Part shown: piece after piece, positions 19,720-30,323 of the stretch | Numbering within the stretch: position 1 is the stretch's first letter | How the letters are laid out: each line of letters begins with the position of its first letter | Origin: an uncultured Veillonellaceae bacterium | Lineage (GTDB): Bacteria > Bacillota > Negativicutes > JARBTT01 | Direction of reading: 5' to 3' | Length of the DNA stretch: 64,000 nucleotides | Assembly: GCA_963805085.1 (NCBI GenBank) | Contig: CAWDTA010000005.1 | Span: 64,001 to 128,000 of the forward strand | Translations under genes and position numbers: made by a program | Notes under the pieces: generated by a model | What the model saw: only the letters and a program-made list of their open reading frames with translations | The model's database searches: none | What the model was told of the DNA's origin: nothing

Positions 19720-21081
19720 ATGGATAGAAAAGATCAAAAAATTAAGCTGATGGCTGAGGAAAAGATTCCGAAAGTTTTATTGAAGTTTAGCGTACCTGTA
19801 ATTATCGGTATGCTGGTAACTGCTTTTTACAATGTTATCGATGCTATGTTTGTAGGGGGATTAGGAACAAGCGCCATAGGAGCGGTATCAATCGCGTTTC
19901 CGATTTCGATGTTTCTCATTGGGTTAGGTTTAACTTTTGGTAGCGGAGCGTCTTCCTATATTTCAAGGTTGTTAGGTCAAGGGGATAGTATAGAGGCAAA
20001 TCGGACGGCTTCAACAGCTTTTTTTAGCAGCTTATTTATCGGAGGGATTACGGTAACAATATTATTGTACTTTTTGGATAATGTTTTATTATCTTTTGGT
20101 ACTACTGCAACGATATTGCCGTATGCCAAGGATTTTGCCTTTATATTTATTGCTGGTTCCATTCTAAGTATCATCAATGTAACCATGAATAATATAGCAA
20201 TATCTGAAGGTGCTGCCAAACTAAGCATGACGGCTATGATAGCAGGGGCAGTCATCAATATAATTTTAGAACCGCTTTTTATTTATACCTTTGCCTGGGG
20301 AATAAAAGGAGCAGCGATTGCTAATGTAGTGGCTCAGAGTATAACTACTTTTTTATATTTGCGATATTTTGGGGGCAATAAAAGTTATGTGAAAATAGCG
20401 TTTCAATATTTTGTTTTTGATAAAGGAATATATTCTCAAATATTAAAAGTAGGAATTCCACTTCTGATTTATCAAATCTTAACAAGTGCCTCGATGGGAT
20501 TAACAAATGCAGCTGCTAGTAATTTTGGTGATGCTGCAGTGGCTGCCATGGGGATTGTTACTAGAGTCTTTGCCATAGTGACATATGTGGTTTTTGGCTA
20601 CTCAAAAGGGTTTCAGCCACTTGCTGGATATAATTATGGTGCAAAAAAATTTGACAGATTAAAAGAAGCAGTTAGTGTTTCTCTTAAATGGACTACCTGG
20701 TTTTGTGGAATCAGTGCAGTGTTGATCATAGTTTTTTCAAATTCAATTGTTGCTTTGTTCAGTAATGATAGTGCGGTTATTGCTATTGGCAGTAAAGCTT
20801 TGATCGCTAATAGCATTATATTTATTTCCTTTGGCTTTCAAACGATATATATATCCTTATTTTTAGCACTTGGCAAAGCAAAAGAGGGTGGAGTGCTAAG
20901 TATAGGAAGACAAGGAATATTTTTTATTCCTGTTATTTTGATATTGCCGTCAATCATAGGTATAGACGGCGTCATTTATACTCAATTGATCGCTGATTTA
21001 TTAACCACAATACTAACGGCAATATTGGCGGTGAGTTTAAAGAAAGAGATTAACGGTTTCAAATTCAAAGAGATTAAGTAA
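19720..21081 (+). CDS. MATE family efflux transporter (MepA-like)
   Basis: YNVIDAMFVG, GFQPLAGYNYGA, ~12 TM segments. Confidence 0.9.
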   Translation: MDRKDQKIKLMAEEKIPKVLLKFSVPVIIGMLVTAFYNVIDAMFVGGLGTSAIGAVSIAFPISMFLIGLGLTFGSGASSYISRLLGQGDSIEANRTASTAFFSSLFIGGITVTILLYFLDNVLLSFGTTATILPYAKDFAFIFIAGSILSIINVTMNNIAISEGAAKLSMTAMIAGAVINIILEPLFIYTFAWGIKGAAIANVVAQSITTFLYLRYFGGNKSYVKIAFQYFVFDKGIYSQILKVGIPLLIYQILTSASMGLTNAAASNFGDAAVAAMGIVTRVFAIVTYVVFGYSKGFQPLAGYNYGAKKFDRLKEAVSVSLKWTTWFCGISAVLIIVFSNSIVALFSNDSAVIAIGSKALIANSIIFISFGFQTIYISLFLALGKAKEGGVLSIGRQGIFFIPVILILPSIIGIDGVIYTQLIADLLTTILTAILAVSLKKEINGFKFKEIK

Positions 21082-21157
21082 TTTTGACCGCCAGGCTTTG
21101 GCAGAGTTGATGGCAGAATATATATTGATATTATTTACCATATATGATATATTTTTA

Positions 21158-21189
21158 TTGTAAACTTAAAATTTATTGATGGTTTACAA
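21158..21189. promoter_or_regulatory. BirA operator
   Basis: TTGTAAAC-N16-GTTTACAA directly upstream of bioH-bioC. Confidence 0.85.
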
Positions 21190-21212
21190 TAGATATAACG
21201 AGAGGTAATGTT

Positions 21213-21902
21213 ATGCTTTTCTTTATTCACGGGTGGGCGTCGACTCCTATGGTTTGGTCGAATTTATCTGACAGAAAAGATTGTTATTTTTACGATTCTT
21301 CTACCTATCCCGATTATCAAGAGTTATCTAAAACTTTTATAGATGTAACCGACAAAACCGATTCTCCTCATATACTTGTCGGCTGGTCATTAGGCGGAAT
21401 GTTAGCCTTACAGTTAGCTTTTGATTTCCCCAAAAAAATTGATAAACTCATCTTAATTTCATCTACAGCAAAGTTTACAGCAGATGATTCTTATACTGCG
21501 GGTATTCATCCGAGTATCGTTAAAAATCTTGCTAGAAAAATAAATTCAGATAGTATTGCTGAACAAAAAAACTTTTACAAGCTTATGTTTTCCAAACAAG
21601 AGGATCATGCTTGCAAGGAATTTTTAGATGAATCAGCCGAAAATATAGTAACAAAAAATATTTTAAGTCTAAAAAATGGTTTGCAATATTTATTAGATAC
21701 AGATTTAAGAAAATTATTATCATCAATCAATGTTCAAACAAATATTATTCATGGTACAGATGATAGTATCTGCCCTTTTAGTGCAGCACAATATCTAGCC
21801 AATCATATTGCTGAATCTACTCTGTCAGTTATACCAGGAGCAGGACATATTCCTTTTTATACTCAAGAGGAAACCTGTAAGAAATTAATATTTAATATGT
21901 AA
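21213..21902 (+). CDS. bioH: Pimeloyl-ACP methyl ester carboxylesterase (BioH-like)
   Basis: HGW, GWSLGG, HGTDD, AGHIPF; adjacent to bioC under a BirA box. Confidence 0.8.
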   Translation: MLFFIHGWASTPMVWSNLSDRKDCYFYDSSTYPDYQELSKTFIDVTDKTDSPHILVGWSLGGMLALQLAFDFPKKIDKLILISSTAKFTADDSYTAGIHPSIVKNLARKINSDSIAEQKNFYKLMFSKQEDHACKEFLDESAENIVTKNILSLKNGLQYLLDTDLRKLLSSINVQTNIIHGTDDSICPFSAAQYLANHIAESTLSVIPGAGHIPFYTQEETCKKLIFNM

Positions 21903-21935
21903 CATATAATATTATTAGAAATAACAGGTGATTAA

Positions 21936-22748
21936 ATGATAGATAAAAAACAAGTTGTTAAACATTTTTCGAGTGCTGCAAAATCATATGATGACTATGC
22001 AACTGTCCAGAAGAAAATGGCTAGTGACTTAGCGAAAATAGTAAATACTCATGGAGATTTTAAGAATATTTTAGAAATAGGCTGCGGAACAGGATTTTTT
22101 ACAAAAATAATAGCAAATCAATATCCAAAATCAAAAATTATGGTTACAGATATATCTCCGGACATGCTCGCTGCCGCAAAGGAAAACCTAGCTTCTTATC
22201 ATAATATTTCTTATCAATTAATGGATGGAGAAAAGATTAATTTCAACCAAAAATTTGATCTCATTATCTCTAATGCAGTTTTTCAATGGTTTACTAATTA
22301 TGAATGCGCTTTTCAATGTTTTCATGATCATCTAGTACCAAATGGATATTTGATGTATACAACCTTTGGGGTAAAAACTTTTACAGAACTTCATACTTCT
22401 TTTCAACATGCATTCAAATTAAGTCATATTGAAAAAGAAGCGCACCATGGACCCCAATTTAAAGATATCAACTTTTTGGAATGCATAGCAAGTCAATCTG
22501 GATTTACGGGTTATCATTTGGAAGAAAATCATCGTGATTTTTTCCAGAATCCTAAAGAATTTTTACATACAATAAAACGTGTTGGTGCTAATAACGCATC
22601 ATCTGCAAAGGATATGTTATTAAGTCGAAAAGTTATGTTGAAAATGCTGCAATATTATCAAAATAACTATACGCAAAACCAACAAGTGTATGCTACGTAT
22701 CATATAATATACGCTTGTCAGCAACGGTTTGAGGCTGCTAAATTATAA
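21936..22748 (+). CDS. bioC: Malonyl-ACP O-methyltransferase
   Basis: FSSAAKSYDDYATVQ, ILEIGCGTG, SNAVFQW, VYATYHII. Confidence 0.9.
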   Translation: MIDKKQVVKHFSSAAKSYDDYATVQKKMASDLAKIVNTHGDFKNILEIGCGTGFFTKIIANQYPKSKIMVTDISPDMLAAAKENLASYHNISYQLMDGEKINFNQKFDLIISNAVFQWFTNYECAFQCFHDHLVPNGYLMYTTFGVKTFTELHTSFQHAFKLSHIEKEAHHGPQFKDINFLECIASQSGFTGYHLEENHRDFFQNPKEFLHTIKRVGANNASSAKDMLLSRKVMLKMLQYYQNNYTQNQQVYATYHIIYACQQRFEAAKL

Positions 22749-23187
22749 GAATAGAACTATAATATTTTATGTAACTATTATTCAATATTGGTGATGGTTG
22801 CGCCGTCAAGGGAATAATTGAGTCATAGAAATTGTCAGTTTGTAATATCTTATAAACAAGCGATACTGATTCATACTTGACAAAATAAGTAAATGAATAT
22901 ATTCTTATTTTGGATATATTATGAAGTTTTAAAGAGAATAGTTGAATCAGAGCAGCGTTGCTTTATGCCGTGACCGTGGCAGGAGTGGCGGCTTTTTTAT
23001 GAAATGGTCACAGAAGGAGCATTTCAAGTCGATAGTAAAGAAGATGATCTATGGAAAAGAAATCTATAAGTAAATAGGCATATTGTTGATGAGACTGCCG
23101 TAAAAATCAATAAAAATGTCTTGAAAATGGGAGGAGGTTAAAATCCAAAATACTATATCAATAATAAAGAATAAAAGGGGAGTACAT

Positions 23188-25236
23188 ATGAAACAAGTAG
23201 ATTTTAAGAATCATGACATACAATTACCAGAACTTACTCTTCGGGGAATGCTCTTGGGGATGTTCATTACGGTGATCTTTACAGCATCTAATGTTTACTT
23301 AGGGTTGAAAGTAGGTCTTACATTTTCATCTTCTATTCCAGCGGCGGTTATTTCTATGGCAATTTTGAAGATGTTCCAAGGGTCTAATATTTTAGAAAAT
23401 AATATGGTACAGACACAAGCATCAGCAGCAGGTACGCTTTCGGCAGTTATATTTATTATTCCTGGTTTGCTGATGATTGGCTATTGGCAGGGTTTCCCTT
23501 TCTGGCAAACATTGATGATTTGTGCGTGTGGCGGTAGCCTCGGGGTGCTATTTACGATTCCGTTACGTCGGGCGATGATCGTAAACAGTGACTTACCTTA
23601 TCCAGAGGGCGTGGCAGCGGCTGAAATTTTGAAAGTGGGTAGCGGTAGCGCTGAAAAAGCTGGGGAAAACGGGATAAAAGATATTATGGCTGGTGGTGTT
23701 GTCGCAGCTATTATTAGTTTATGCTCGAATGGTTTGATGATTATGTCCTCGGGGGTTAGCTATTGGTTTTCTTTCGGGAAAATTACTTCACAGATACCGC
23801 TTGGGTTTTCTTCCGCACTTTTGGGTGCAGGTTATTTAATTGGTATTGGTAGTGGTGTGGCTATGCTCGTGGGGATGGCGTTGTCCTGGGGCGTATTTTT
23901 ACCGTGGCTTACATCAATGCTGTCTCCGGCAGCTGGGCAGAGTGCTAGTGCATTTGCCTCGAGTGTGTGGGCGCAAAAAGTGCGACTTATGGGGGCTGGT
24001 GTAATTGGTATTGCTGCAATATGGACGCTGATTACGCTTGCAAAACCAATTATCGACGGTATGCGTATTTCGATACAAGCAATGAAGAGTTCACAAACAG
24101 AGAAGAGTCTGCATCGCATGGATACAGATTTATCGCCTAAAACGACTGCGATGGTTTTTGGTGCTATCGTTGTTGGTTTATTGGGCACGTTTTATTCCTT
24201 TATTGCAGATGCCAACTTGCCGACAGGTACCGCTTGGACCTTTATTATCATAGGTGTTGTTGTGGCTATCTGTATGGGCTTCTTTGTAGCTGCAGCATGT
24301 GGTTACATGGCAGGCTTAATTGGTACCTCAGCTAGTCCGATTTCGGGGATTGGTATTTTGGGGATTATTACATCCTCATTGGTCGTATTGGGCATTGGTA
24401 CAGCAGTTGGTCTTTTTAATACGGCAATCGGGATCAAATTTGCCATAGCTTTAGCAATTTTCATGACGAGTGTTATTGTTAGTATTGCGGCTATTTCAAA
24501 TGACAATATGCAGGATTTGAAGACAGGGTATCTTGTCGGCGCTACACCATGGAAACAACAGGTGGCATTACTACTCGGGAGTATTATCGGGGCTTTTGCG
24601 ATTGCACCAGTTTTGAATTTATTGTATCAAGCGTATGGTTTTGCTGGTGCTATGCCACGCGTTGGTATGGACGAAGCGCAAGCATTGTCAGCGCCGCAGG
24701 CAACTTTGATGACTACGATTGCGCAAGGTATTTTTAGTCATAATTTGGATTGGAATTACATTATCACTGGCATAGGTGCTGGAATTGCGATCATTATTGT
24801 TGATGTATTATTGAAGAAAAACTCGGCAAGCTACTCTTTACCACCTTTAGCTGTAGGTTTGGGAATTTATTTGCCGCCTACCTTGGTAATGCCGCTTGTG
24901 ATGGGGGCTGTAACGAGTTACTTTGTGCACAGGTATCTTCAAAATAGGGTAATAGAGCAAAAAGTAGAAAACAAGGAAGAAGCTGTGGAAAATTGTAACC
25001 GCCATGGGGTGCTTTTTGCCTCTGGTCTTATTGTTGGGGAAAGTTTAATGGGAGTAATCATTGCGATCATTATTGTATTTTCGGTAACCGGTGGCGGCAG
25101 CGATGCACCACTGGCCATGGTAGGCAAAGAATTTGGCCCTACAGCAGATTGGCTCGGATTGATCGGCTTCATCGCGATGATTGCGATTCTTGTTTACCGC
25201 GTGATCAGTGCAAAGTTCCAAACGAATCAGCAATAA
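23188..25236 (+). CDS. OPT family oligopeptide transporter
   Basis: ELTLRG, YLGLKVGLTFSSSIPAAV, YPEGVAAAE, DNMQDLKTG, APQATLM. Confidence 0.92.
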   Translation: MKQVDFKNHDIQLPELTLRGMLLGMFITVIFTASNVYLGLKVGLTFSSSIPAAVISMAILKMFQGSNILENNMVQTQASAAGTLSAVIFIIPGLLMIGYWQGFPFWQTLMICACGGSLGVLFTIPLRRAMIVNSDLPYPEGVAAAEILKVGSGSAEKAGENGIKDIMAGGVVAAIISLCSNGLMIMSSGVSYWFSFGKITSQIPLGFSSALLGAGYLIGIGSGVAMLVGMALSWGVFLPWLTSMLSPAAGQSASAFASSVWAQKVRLMGAGVIGIAAIWTLITLAKPIIDGMRISIQAMKSSQTEKSLHRMDTDLSPKTTAMVFGAIVVGLLGTFYSFIADANLPTGTAWTFIIIGVVVAICMGFFVAAACGYMAGLIGTSASPISGIGILGIITSSLVVLGIGTAVGLFNTAIGIKFAIALAIFMTSVIVSIAAISNDNMQDLKTGYLVGATPWKQQVALLLGSIIGAFAIAPVLNLLYQAYGFAGAMPRVGMDEAQALSAPQATLMTTIAQGIFSHNLDWNYIITGIGAGIAIIIVDVLLKKNSASYSLPPLAVGLGIYLPPTLVMPLVMGAVTSYFVHRYLQNRVIEQKVENKEEAVENCNRHGVLFASGLIVGESLMGVIIAIIIVFSVTGGGSDAPLAMVGKEFGPTADWLGLIGFIAMIAILVYRVISAKFQTNQQ

Positions 25237-25309
25237 TTTCGACATAAATACATGGTAAAATAAGGTGGAATGATATTTAGCTTATTCGTGCGATATATCT
25301 TTCATCAAA

Positions 25310-25348
25310 GAAAACTGGCTTCGCTTTTTAGCGGAGCCAGTTTTCTTT
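25310..25348 (+). terminator. Rho-independent terminator
   Basis: GAAAACTGGCTTCGCT-tttt-AGCGGAGCCAGTTTTC. Confidence 0.75.
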
Positions 25349-25565
25349 GCATACGTCTAGCTTTGTTCGTAGAGTAGTGATAAAAGATGTCCTATTTTCT
25401 TAATAAGATGATATACTTAAAGTAAGTATGTTGAAATATGTCGAAAGAGATGAGAGTGGATGTAATCACTCTCTAATTTTTGTATGTATAGTTTTATACT
25501 AATATTTAGGGGATATATCTTACGGTTTACTTAACTTATGATTTTCGCTTTTCAGTACTTATAAT

Positions 25566-25580
25566 AATTTTCGGAAAATT
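25566..25580. promoter_or_regulatory. CodY-box-like site
   Basis: AATTTTCGGAAAATT versus consensus AATTTTCWGAAAATT. Confidence 0.5.
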
Positions 25581-25722
25581 CAGCATACTAAAAATTTAAA
25601 AGCTATTTGTGGAAAAATTAGTATACTAAAATGTAGTTAGCATTGTGGTAATGCTTTGGTATTTTTGGAGTTAGTAAAGAATGTTATGATGAATTTGTAA
25701 ATAAGAACGGGAGGAAATTCAA

Positions 25723-27528
25723 ATGAAAGATTTACAACAACGGCAAAAACAAATTTTGAATCATTTGTTGCAGATAGAAGATTTTGAACCTGTTAAAAAA
25801 TTTGCCGCTGTGTTGCAGTGCTCGACTAAGACAGTGCGAAATGATTTGATGATTTTAGAAGAATGTGGAGTTGTTTTAGAAAAAATAGCTGGAAGAGGCG
25901 TTCGTATTTTACCCTCAAAACGGAGTACTGCAGAAGTTCTTATACAAGAACCTAGTATTCTGTATGATCTATCAATAGATCACCGGAGAATGAAAATCCT
26001 ATTTGAGCTACTTGAAGGAGCAAAAGATAAACTATCTATTCAGTCTTTATCAAATAAATATTTTGTAAGTAAGACTTCAATCGTGAATGATTTAAAAGTG
26101 ATTGAAGAAAAATTAGCAGAGTATAATTTACATCTTAAGAAGGATACGCAGGGAACACAGCTCGTTGGTTCAGAGATGGACATTCGTAAGGCCATGGTTG
26201 ATATGTTAAATACGCTGATAAGTTCAAAAAGTATGACTTTTCAAGAAGAAAATTTCCGAATTAACCGTGAAACGTTATTGGAATTGGAAGAGCATTTTGG
26301 AAAATATAATGTTAAACAAGTTAAGGAAATTATTGAAGAAGCAGAACAACTTTTAAATTATAGAATAACTGAGCCTTACTACATTAATCTTGTGACACAT
26401 ATTTTAATTTTAATTCATAGAACTAAAAACGGAAAAACGATTTATTCAGAATTGAAAGAGGAAGGTAGATCTTGTGATCCAGCGTTTTATGAAGTATCCG
26501 AAAAAATAGCGAATAGGATTGAAACTATATTTTCAATTCAGATAAATCAAGAAGAAGTCTTTTATATTTACCGATATTTGATGTCTTCGGGTGGAGTTGT
26601 TGTACAGGAATTTAATTCGAAAAAATCAAGCCAAATTGATGAATCTTTACACGAAATAGCAATCGAAATGATTCATTTAAGTTCTAAAATCTTCCCGATT
26701 AAATTTACTTTTAGCCAATCTTTGTATAATGATCTAATTCTTCATTTAAAACCGATGATGAATCGGATTGAGTATAAAATTCAAATCAAAAATCCGTTAT
26801 TGGAGGAAATAAAAGATGAATTTCCCGAATTGATGATTTTATTAAAGCTAGTTATCTTAAAAATAAGACTAAAATATAAGTTGCCTCAGATTAGTGAAGA
26901 TGAAATTAGTTATATCGCTGTTTATTTTCAAGCAGCGATCGAAGAAGTAATCAGCAAAAAGCGAGTCATGATTGTTTGTTCCACAGGGGTTGGAACCTCA
27001 CACTTATTGGAAAAACGAGTGAAAAATCATTTTCCTGAGTGGAATATTGTGGAGGTTATCTCTGCTAAACAATTAGAGGGAAAAAGAAACCTAGATCATA
27101 TTGATTTAATTATATCAACGGTCAAACTCAATGTTCCCTTAAGTAAACCAGTGGCTTATGTGAGTGCCTTATTTAATAAAGCTGATGAAAAGAGAATCAG
27201 AGCATCCTTAGTGAAAGAATGTCAGGATTTAGTGATTGAAGAAAAAAAGGCGGCACTCATTAAAAATGTTTTTTTAGAGAGTGTAACAAAGTTTTATCAG
27301 GATGTCTCCCAGGCAAAATGTGTTGATTGTATCGTAATAAACAACTTGCTGGAGTTATGTGTATATGAAAAGAAAGATTTGGAAAAAGAAGAGCTTTGTA
27401 GTCAGATGGCTTGTCAAATTCGAGGGAAAAATAGAGTGAAATTGATCGTTTTAATTAGAACAAATGAGGATTTATCTGAAAAGATGCTGAAAGAAGTATA
27501 CTACTTTTTAACACATGAAATGGAATAA
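25723..27528 (+). CDS. PRD-domain transcriptional regulator (LicR/ManR/MtlR type)
   Basis: HTH_11, Mga HTH, two PRDs, EIIB motif VCSTGVGTS. Confidence 0.9.
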   Translation: MKDLQQRQKQILNHLLQIEDFEPVKKFAAVLQCSTKTVRNDLMILEECGVVLEKIAGRGVRILPSKRSTAEVLIQEPSILYDLSIDHRRMKILFELLEGAKDKLSIQSLSNKYFVSKTSIVNDLKVIEEKLAEYNLHLKKDTQGTQLVGSEMDIRKAMVDMLNTLISSKSMTFQEENFRINRETLLELEEHFGKYNVKQVKEIIEEAEQLLNYRITEPYYINLVTHILILIHRTKNGKTIYSELKEEGRSCDPAFYEVSEKIANRIETIFSIQINQEEVFYIYRYLMSSGGVVVQEFNSKKSSQIDESLHEIAIEMIHLSSKIFPIKFTFSQSLYNDLILHLKPMMNRIEYKIQIKNPLLEEIKDEFPELMILLKLVILKIRLKYKLPQISEDEISYIAVYFQAAIEEVISKKRVMIVCSTGVGTSHLLEKRVKNHFPEWNIVEVISAKQLEGKRNLDHIDLIISTVKLNVPLSKPVAYVSALFNKADEKRIRASLVKECQDLVIEEKKAALIKNVFLESVTKFYQDVSQAKCVDCIVINNLLELCVYEKKDLEKEELCSQMACQIRGKNRVKLIVLIRTNEDLSEKMLKEVYYFLTHEME

Positions 27529-27546
27529 AAATGGGGGGGATATTAA

Positions 27547-28002
27547 ATGGATCTATCAACAATTATCGACGAAAATCGAATCAATTTAGAACTAGATGTG
27601 GACAATAAAGAGGAAGCTTTAGATGCATTGGCTGATATGCTAATAAAATCTGGGGTATTATCATCAAAGGAGGGGTTCATCAAAGATGTTTATTTGAGAG
27701 AAGCAGAAGGACAAACTGGTATAGGTGGCGGAATCGCAATTCCGCACGGCAAATCAAAGAGTGTACTGAAAACATCATTAGCTATTGGAAGGACTAAAAA
27801 ACCTATTTTATGGGAGTCTCTAGATGATGAACCAATACAATGTATTATTTTATTTGCGGTAAGAGATGTGGACAGTACAACGGTACATGTAAAGTTATTG
27901 GGTGAGGTTGCGGGTAAATTAGCTGATGAAGAAATTGTTGAAAAACTGCTAACCAGTCGAAAGCCGAAAGAAATTATTTCTATTTTCAGTCAAGACAATT
28001 AG
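27547..28002 (+). CDS. PTS fructose-family EIIA
   Basis: REAEGQTGIGGGIAIPHGKS. Confidence 0.92.
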   Translation: MDLSTIIDENRINLELDVDNKEEALDALADMLIKSGVLSSKEGFIKDVYLREAEGQTGIGGGIAIPHGKSKSVLKTSLAIGRTKKPILWESLDDEPIQCIILFAVRDVDSTTVHVKLLGEVAGKLADEEIVEKLLTSRKPKEIISIFSQDN

Positions 28003-28019
28003 AAAATGGAGGGATAAAC

Positions 28020-28331
28020 ATGAAGATTGTAGGAATTGCAGCTTGTACATCTGGAATTGCACACACGTATATTGCCAAAGAAAAATTGCTGAAAGCCGGT
28101 AAAGCGTTGAACCATACGATTCATATTGAAACGCAGGGAACTATCGGAACTGAGGATGAACTCTTAGCGAAAGATATTGCGGAGGCAGATGTTGTAATTA
28201 TTGCAGCAGATATTAAAGTAAACGGCAGAGATCGTTTTCAAGGAAAAAAAATTGTAGATGTACCGACCCATATTGTGATTAAATCTCCGAAAGCATTATT
28301 GAATAAAATTCAGGCAGATCTGGGAATTTAA
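28020..28331 (+). CDS. PTS fructose-family EIIB
   Basis: ACTSGIAHTY, IETQG. Confidence 0.92.
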   Translation: MKIVGIAACTSGIAHTYIAKEKLLKAGKALNHTIHIETQGTIGTEDELLAKDIAEADVVIIAADIKVNGRDRFQGKKIVDVPTHIVIKSPKALLNKIQADLGI

Positions 28332-28360
28332 AAATTCGAAATTGAAGGGAGTTTTTCATT

Positions 28361-29443
28361 ATGTTGAGAAATCTGGAGCTAAAACGGCATGCGATGACAG
28401 GAATATCGTATATGATTCCCTTAGTAGTCGCATCAGGGCTATTGATCGCGATTGGAAATCTGGCTGGCGGAAATCCTGCGTTAATCTCTGACTACAAGAG
28501 TTCTTATACTTTATGGGAAGCAGCAGTTACCTTAGGTGTATATGGTATGGGGTTGATTCCGGCAGTTATGTCAGCGGCGATTGCTTACTCGATCGCTGAT
28601 CGACCTGGGATCGCACCTGGCTTATTAATGGGGATGATAGCCAATGCGATGGGCGCCGGATTCTTTGGTGGTATGCTTGGTGGTTATATGTCTGGATGGT
28701 GCGTTAATTTTCTAAGGAGCAATGTAAAGGTTCCGATTTGGGCGCAAGGCCTAATGCCAATGATGATTATCCCTTTATTAGCATCGATTATTGTAGGTTT
28801 TATTATGTTTTTTGTCATTGGCAGACCTATTGCAGCAGCTTCCTTTGCACTAACCGATATGCTCATTAATATGCAAGGTGGTTCAAAAGCGGTGTTTGGC
28901 GCAATTATGGGAGCAATGGCAGCCTTTGATTTTGGTGGTCCAGTAAACAAAGTTGCTTCGTTATTCGCAGATGGGTTGTTAATTAATGGCGTGTATGGAC
29001 CAGAAGCAATTAAAATTTGTGCATCGATGATTCCGCCGTTTGGTGTAGCGTTATCTTGGATCATTAAAAAATCAAGATATAGCAAAAGTGAAGCAGACAA
29101 TATAAAAATAGCCTTTCCGATGGGAATTTGTATGATCACCGAAGGTGTTATTCCGATTGCAGCTGTTGATCCAATTAGAGTTATCTTTTCCTGCTCGTTT
29201 GGAGCTGCAGTAGGTGGTAGTTTGATTATGTTATTAGATGTTGCTTCGCCGGTTCCATCAGGAGGAATGTTTATCGTGCCGGCAATGCAAAATCCGATAG
29301 GTTTTTTAATCGCATTAGGCGTTGGTAGTGTGGTTACAGCACTATTACTAGTAGCTTTAAAGAAGGATGCTGTGGAAAAAGAAAATGCGGAAGATGACGA
29401 GATAGAAGAAGAGGTTGATTTATCAGGTATCAATATAAAATAA
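28361..29443 (+). CDS. PTS fructose-family EIIC
   Basis: MTGISYMIP, SIADRPG, FDFGGPVNK, ITEGVIP. Confidence 0.92.
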   Translation: MLRNLELKRHAMTGISYMIPLVVASGLLIAIGNLAGGNPALISDYKSSYTLWEAAVTLGVYGMGLIPAVMSAAIAYSIADRPGIAPGLLMGMIANAMGAGFFGGMLGGYMSGWCVNFLRSNVKVPIWAQGLMPMMIIPLLASIIVGFIMFFVIGRPIAAASFALTDMLINMQGGSKAVFGAIMGAMAAFDFGGPVNKVASLFADGLLINGVYGPEAIKICASMIPPFGVALSWIIKKSRYSKSEADNIKIAFPMGICMITEGVIPIAAVDPIRVIFSCSFGAAVGGSLIMLLDVASPVPSGGMFIVPAMQNPIGFLIALGVGSVVTALLLVALKKDAVEKENAEDDEIEEEVDLSGINIK

Positions 29444-29464
29444 AGCAAAGGGGGCAATGGCTGT

Positions 29465-30316
29465 ATGTATGTTTCGATGACAGATATGTTGAAGAAGGCT
29501 GATGTAGAAAATTATGCAGTTATGGCGATTAATTGTTTTAATTTGGAGACAGCACGAACTGTAATACGAGCTGCTGAAAAGGAAAATGCTCCGATTATTA
29601 TCAATCTTTTTCAAGATCATTTGCTGTATCATTGTGATAGTGAGTTAATCACACCAATTGTCAAAGTCTTAGCCAGCAGAACAAGTTGTAAGGTTGTACT
29701 AAATTTTGATCATGGTCAAGAAGTCTTGTATTTAAAAAAAGCAATAGACGATGGTTTTTCTTCGGTGATGGTCGATGCTTCGCGGTTTGATTTAGATGGA
29801 AATATCGCGATGACAAAAGAGGTCGTTGCGTATGCTCATCCTAAAGGGGTAAGCGTTGAAGGTGAAATTGGCTGTATCGGACTTACTGAAGATTCGGAAT
29901 TTACAAAAGATTCGATGTATACTGATCCGATTGAAGCAGCTAAATTTGCAAAATCAACAGGGATAGATGCCTTAGCAATTTCGATTGGTTCATCGCATGG
30001 AATTTATCCGGAGGATATGGTGCCTGCATTTGATTTTGAACGGTTAAGGCAGATTAAAAAACTAACCCAAATGCCGTTGGTGCTTCATGGTGGATCTGGT
30101 TCGGGCGAAAAAAATATTTTACAGGCCGTCAAAGATGGGATCAACAAGATTAATGTTGGTTGTGACTTTATGAATGCAAATGTGAATGCCTTAAAATGCA
30201 AGCTTGCGCAAGATCCTAGCATTAATTACTACGATTTAGTTGATCATGTTGAAAAAGAGAGCATGGAGATCGTAAGACATTATATTAGATTATCTGGTTC
30301 CAATAATAAAAATTAA
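29465..30316 (+). CDS. Class II ketose-bisphosphate aldolase 1
   Basis: NFDHG, VEGEIG, IGSSHG, LVLHGGSG, KINVG. Confidence 0.9.
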   Translation: MYVSMTDMLKKADVENYAVMAINCFNLETARTVIRAAEKENAPIIINLFQDHLLYHCDSELITPIVKVLASRTSCKVVLNFDHGQEVLYLKKAIDDGFSSVMVDASRFDLDGNIAMTKEVVAYAHPKGVSVEGEIGCIGLTEDSEFTKDSMYTDPIEAAKFAKSTGIDALAISIGSSHGIYPEDMVPAFDFERLRQIKKLTQMPLVLHGGSGSGEKNILQAVKDGINKINVGCDFMNANVNALKCKLAQDPSINYYDLVDHVEKESMEIVRHYIRLSGSNNKN

Positions 30317-30323
30317 AAGGGGA

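Noticed and set aside
25428-25502. 24-codon ORF or short sRNA ending in a GAGAGTG..CACTCTC hairpin
   Set aside because: No RBS and no independent support; kept out of the features
28684-29457. 257-aa minus-strand ORF and many similar antisense ORFs (e.g. 33703-34296, 6882-7346)
   Set aside because: They lie antisense to well-supported genes and lack motifs or an RBS
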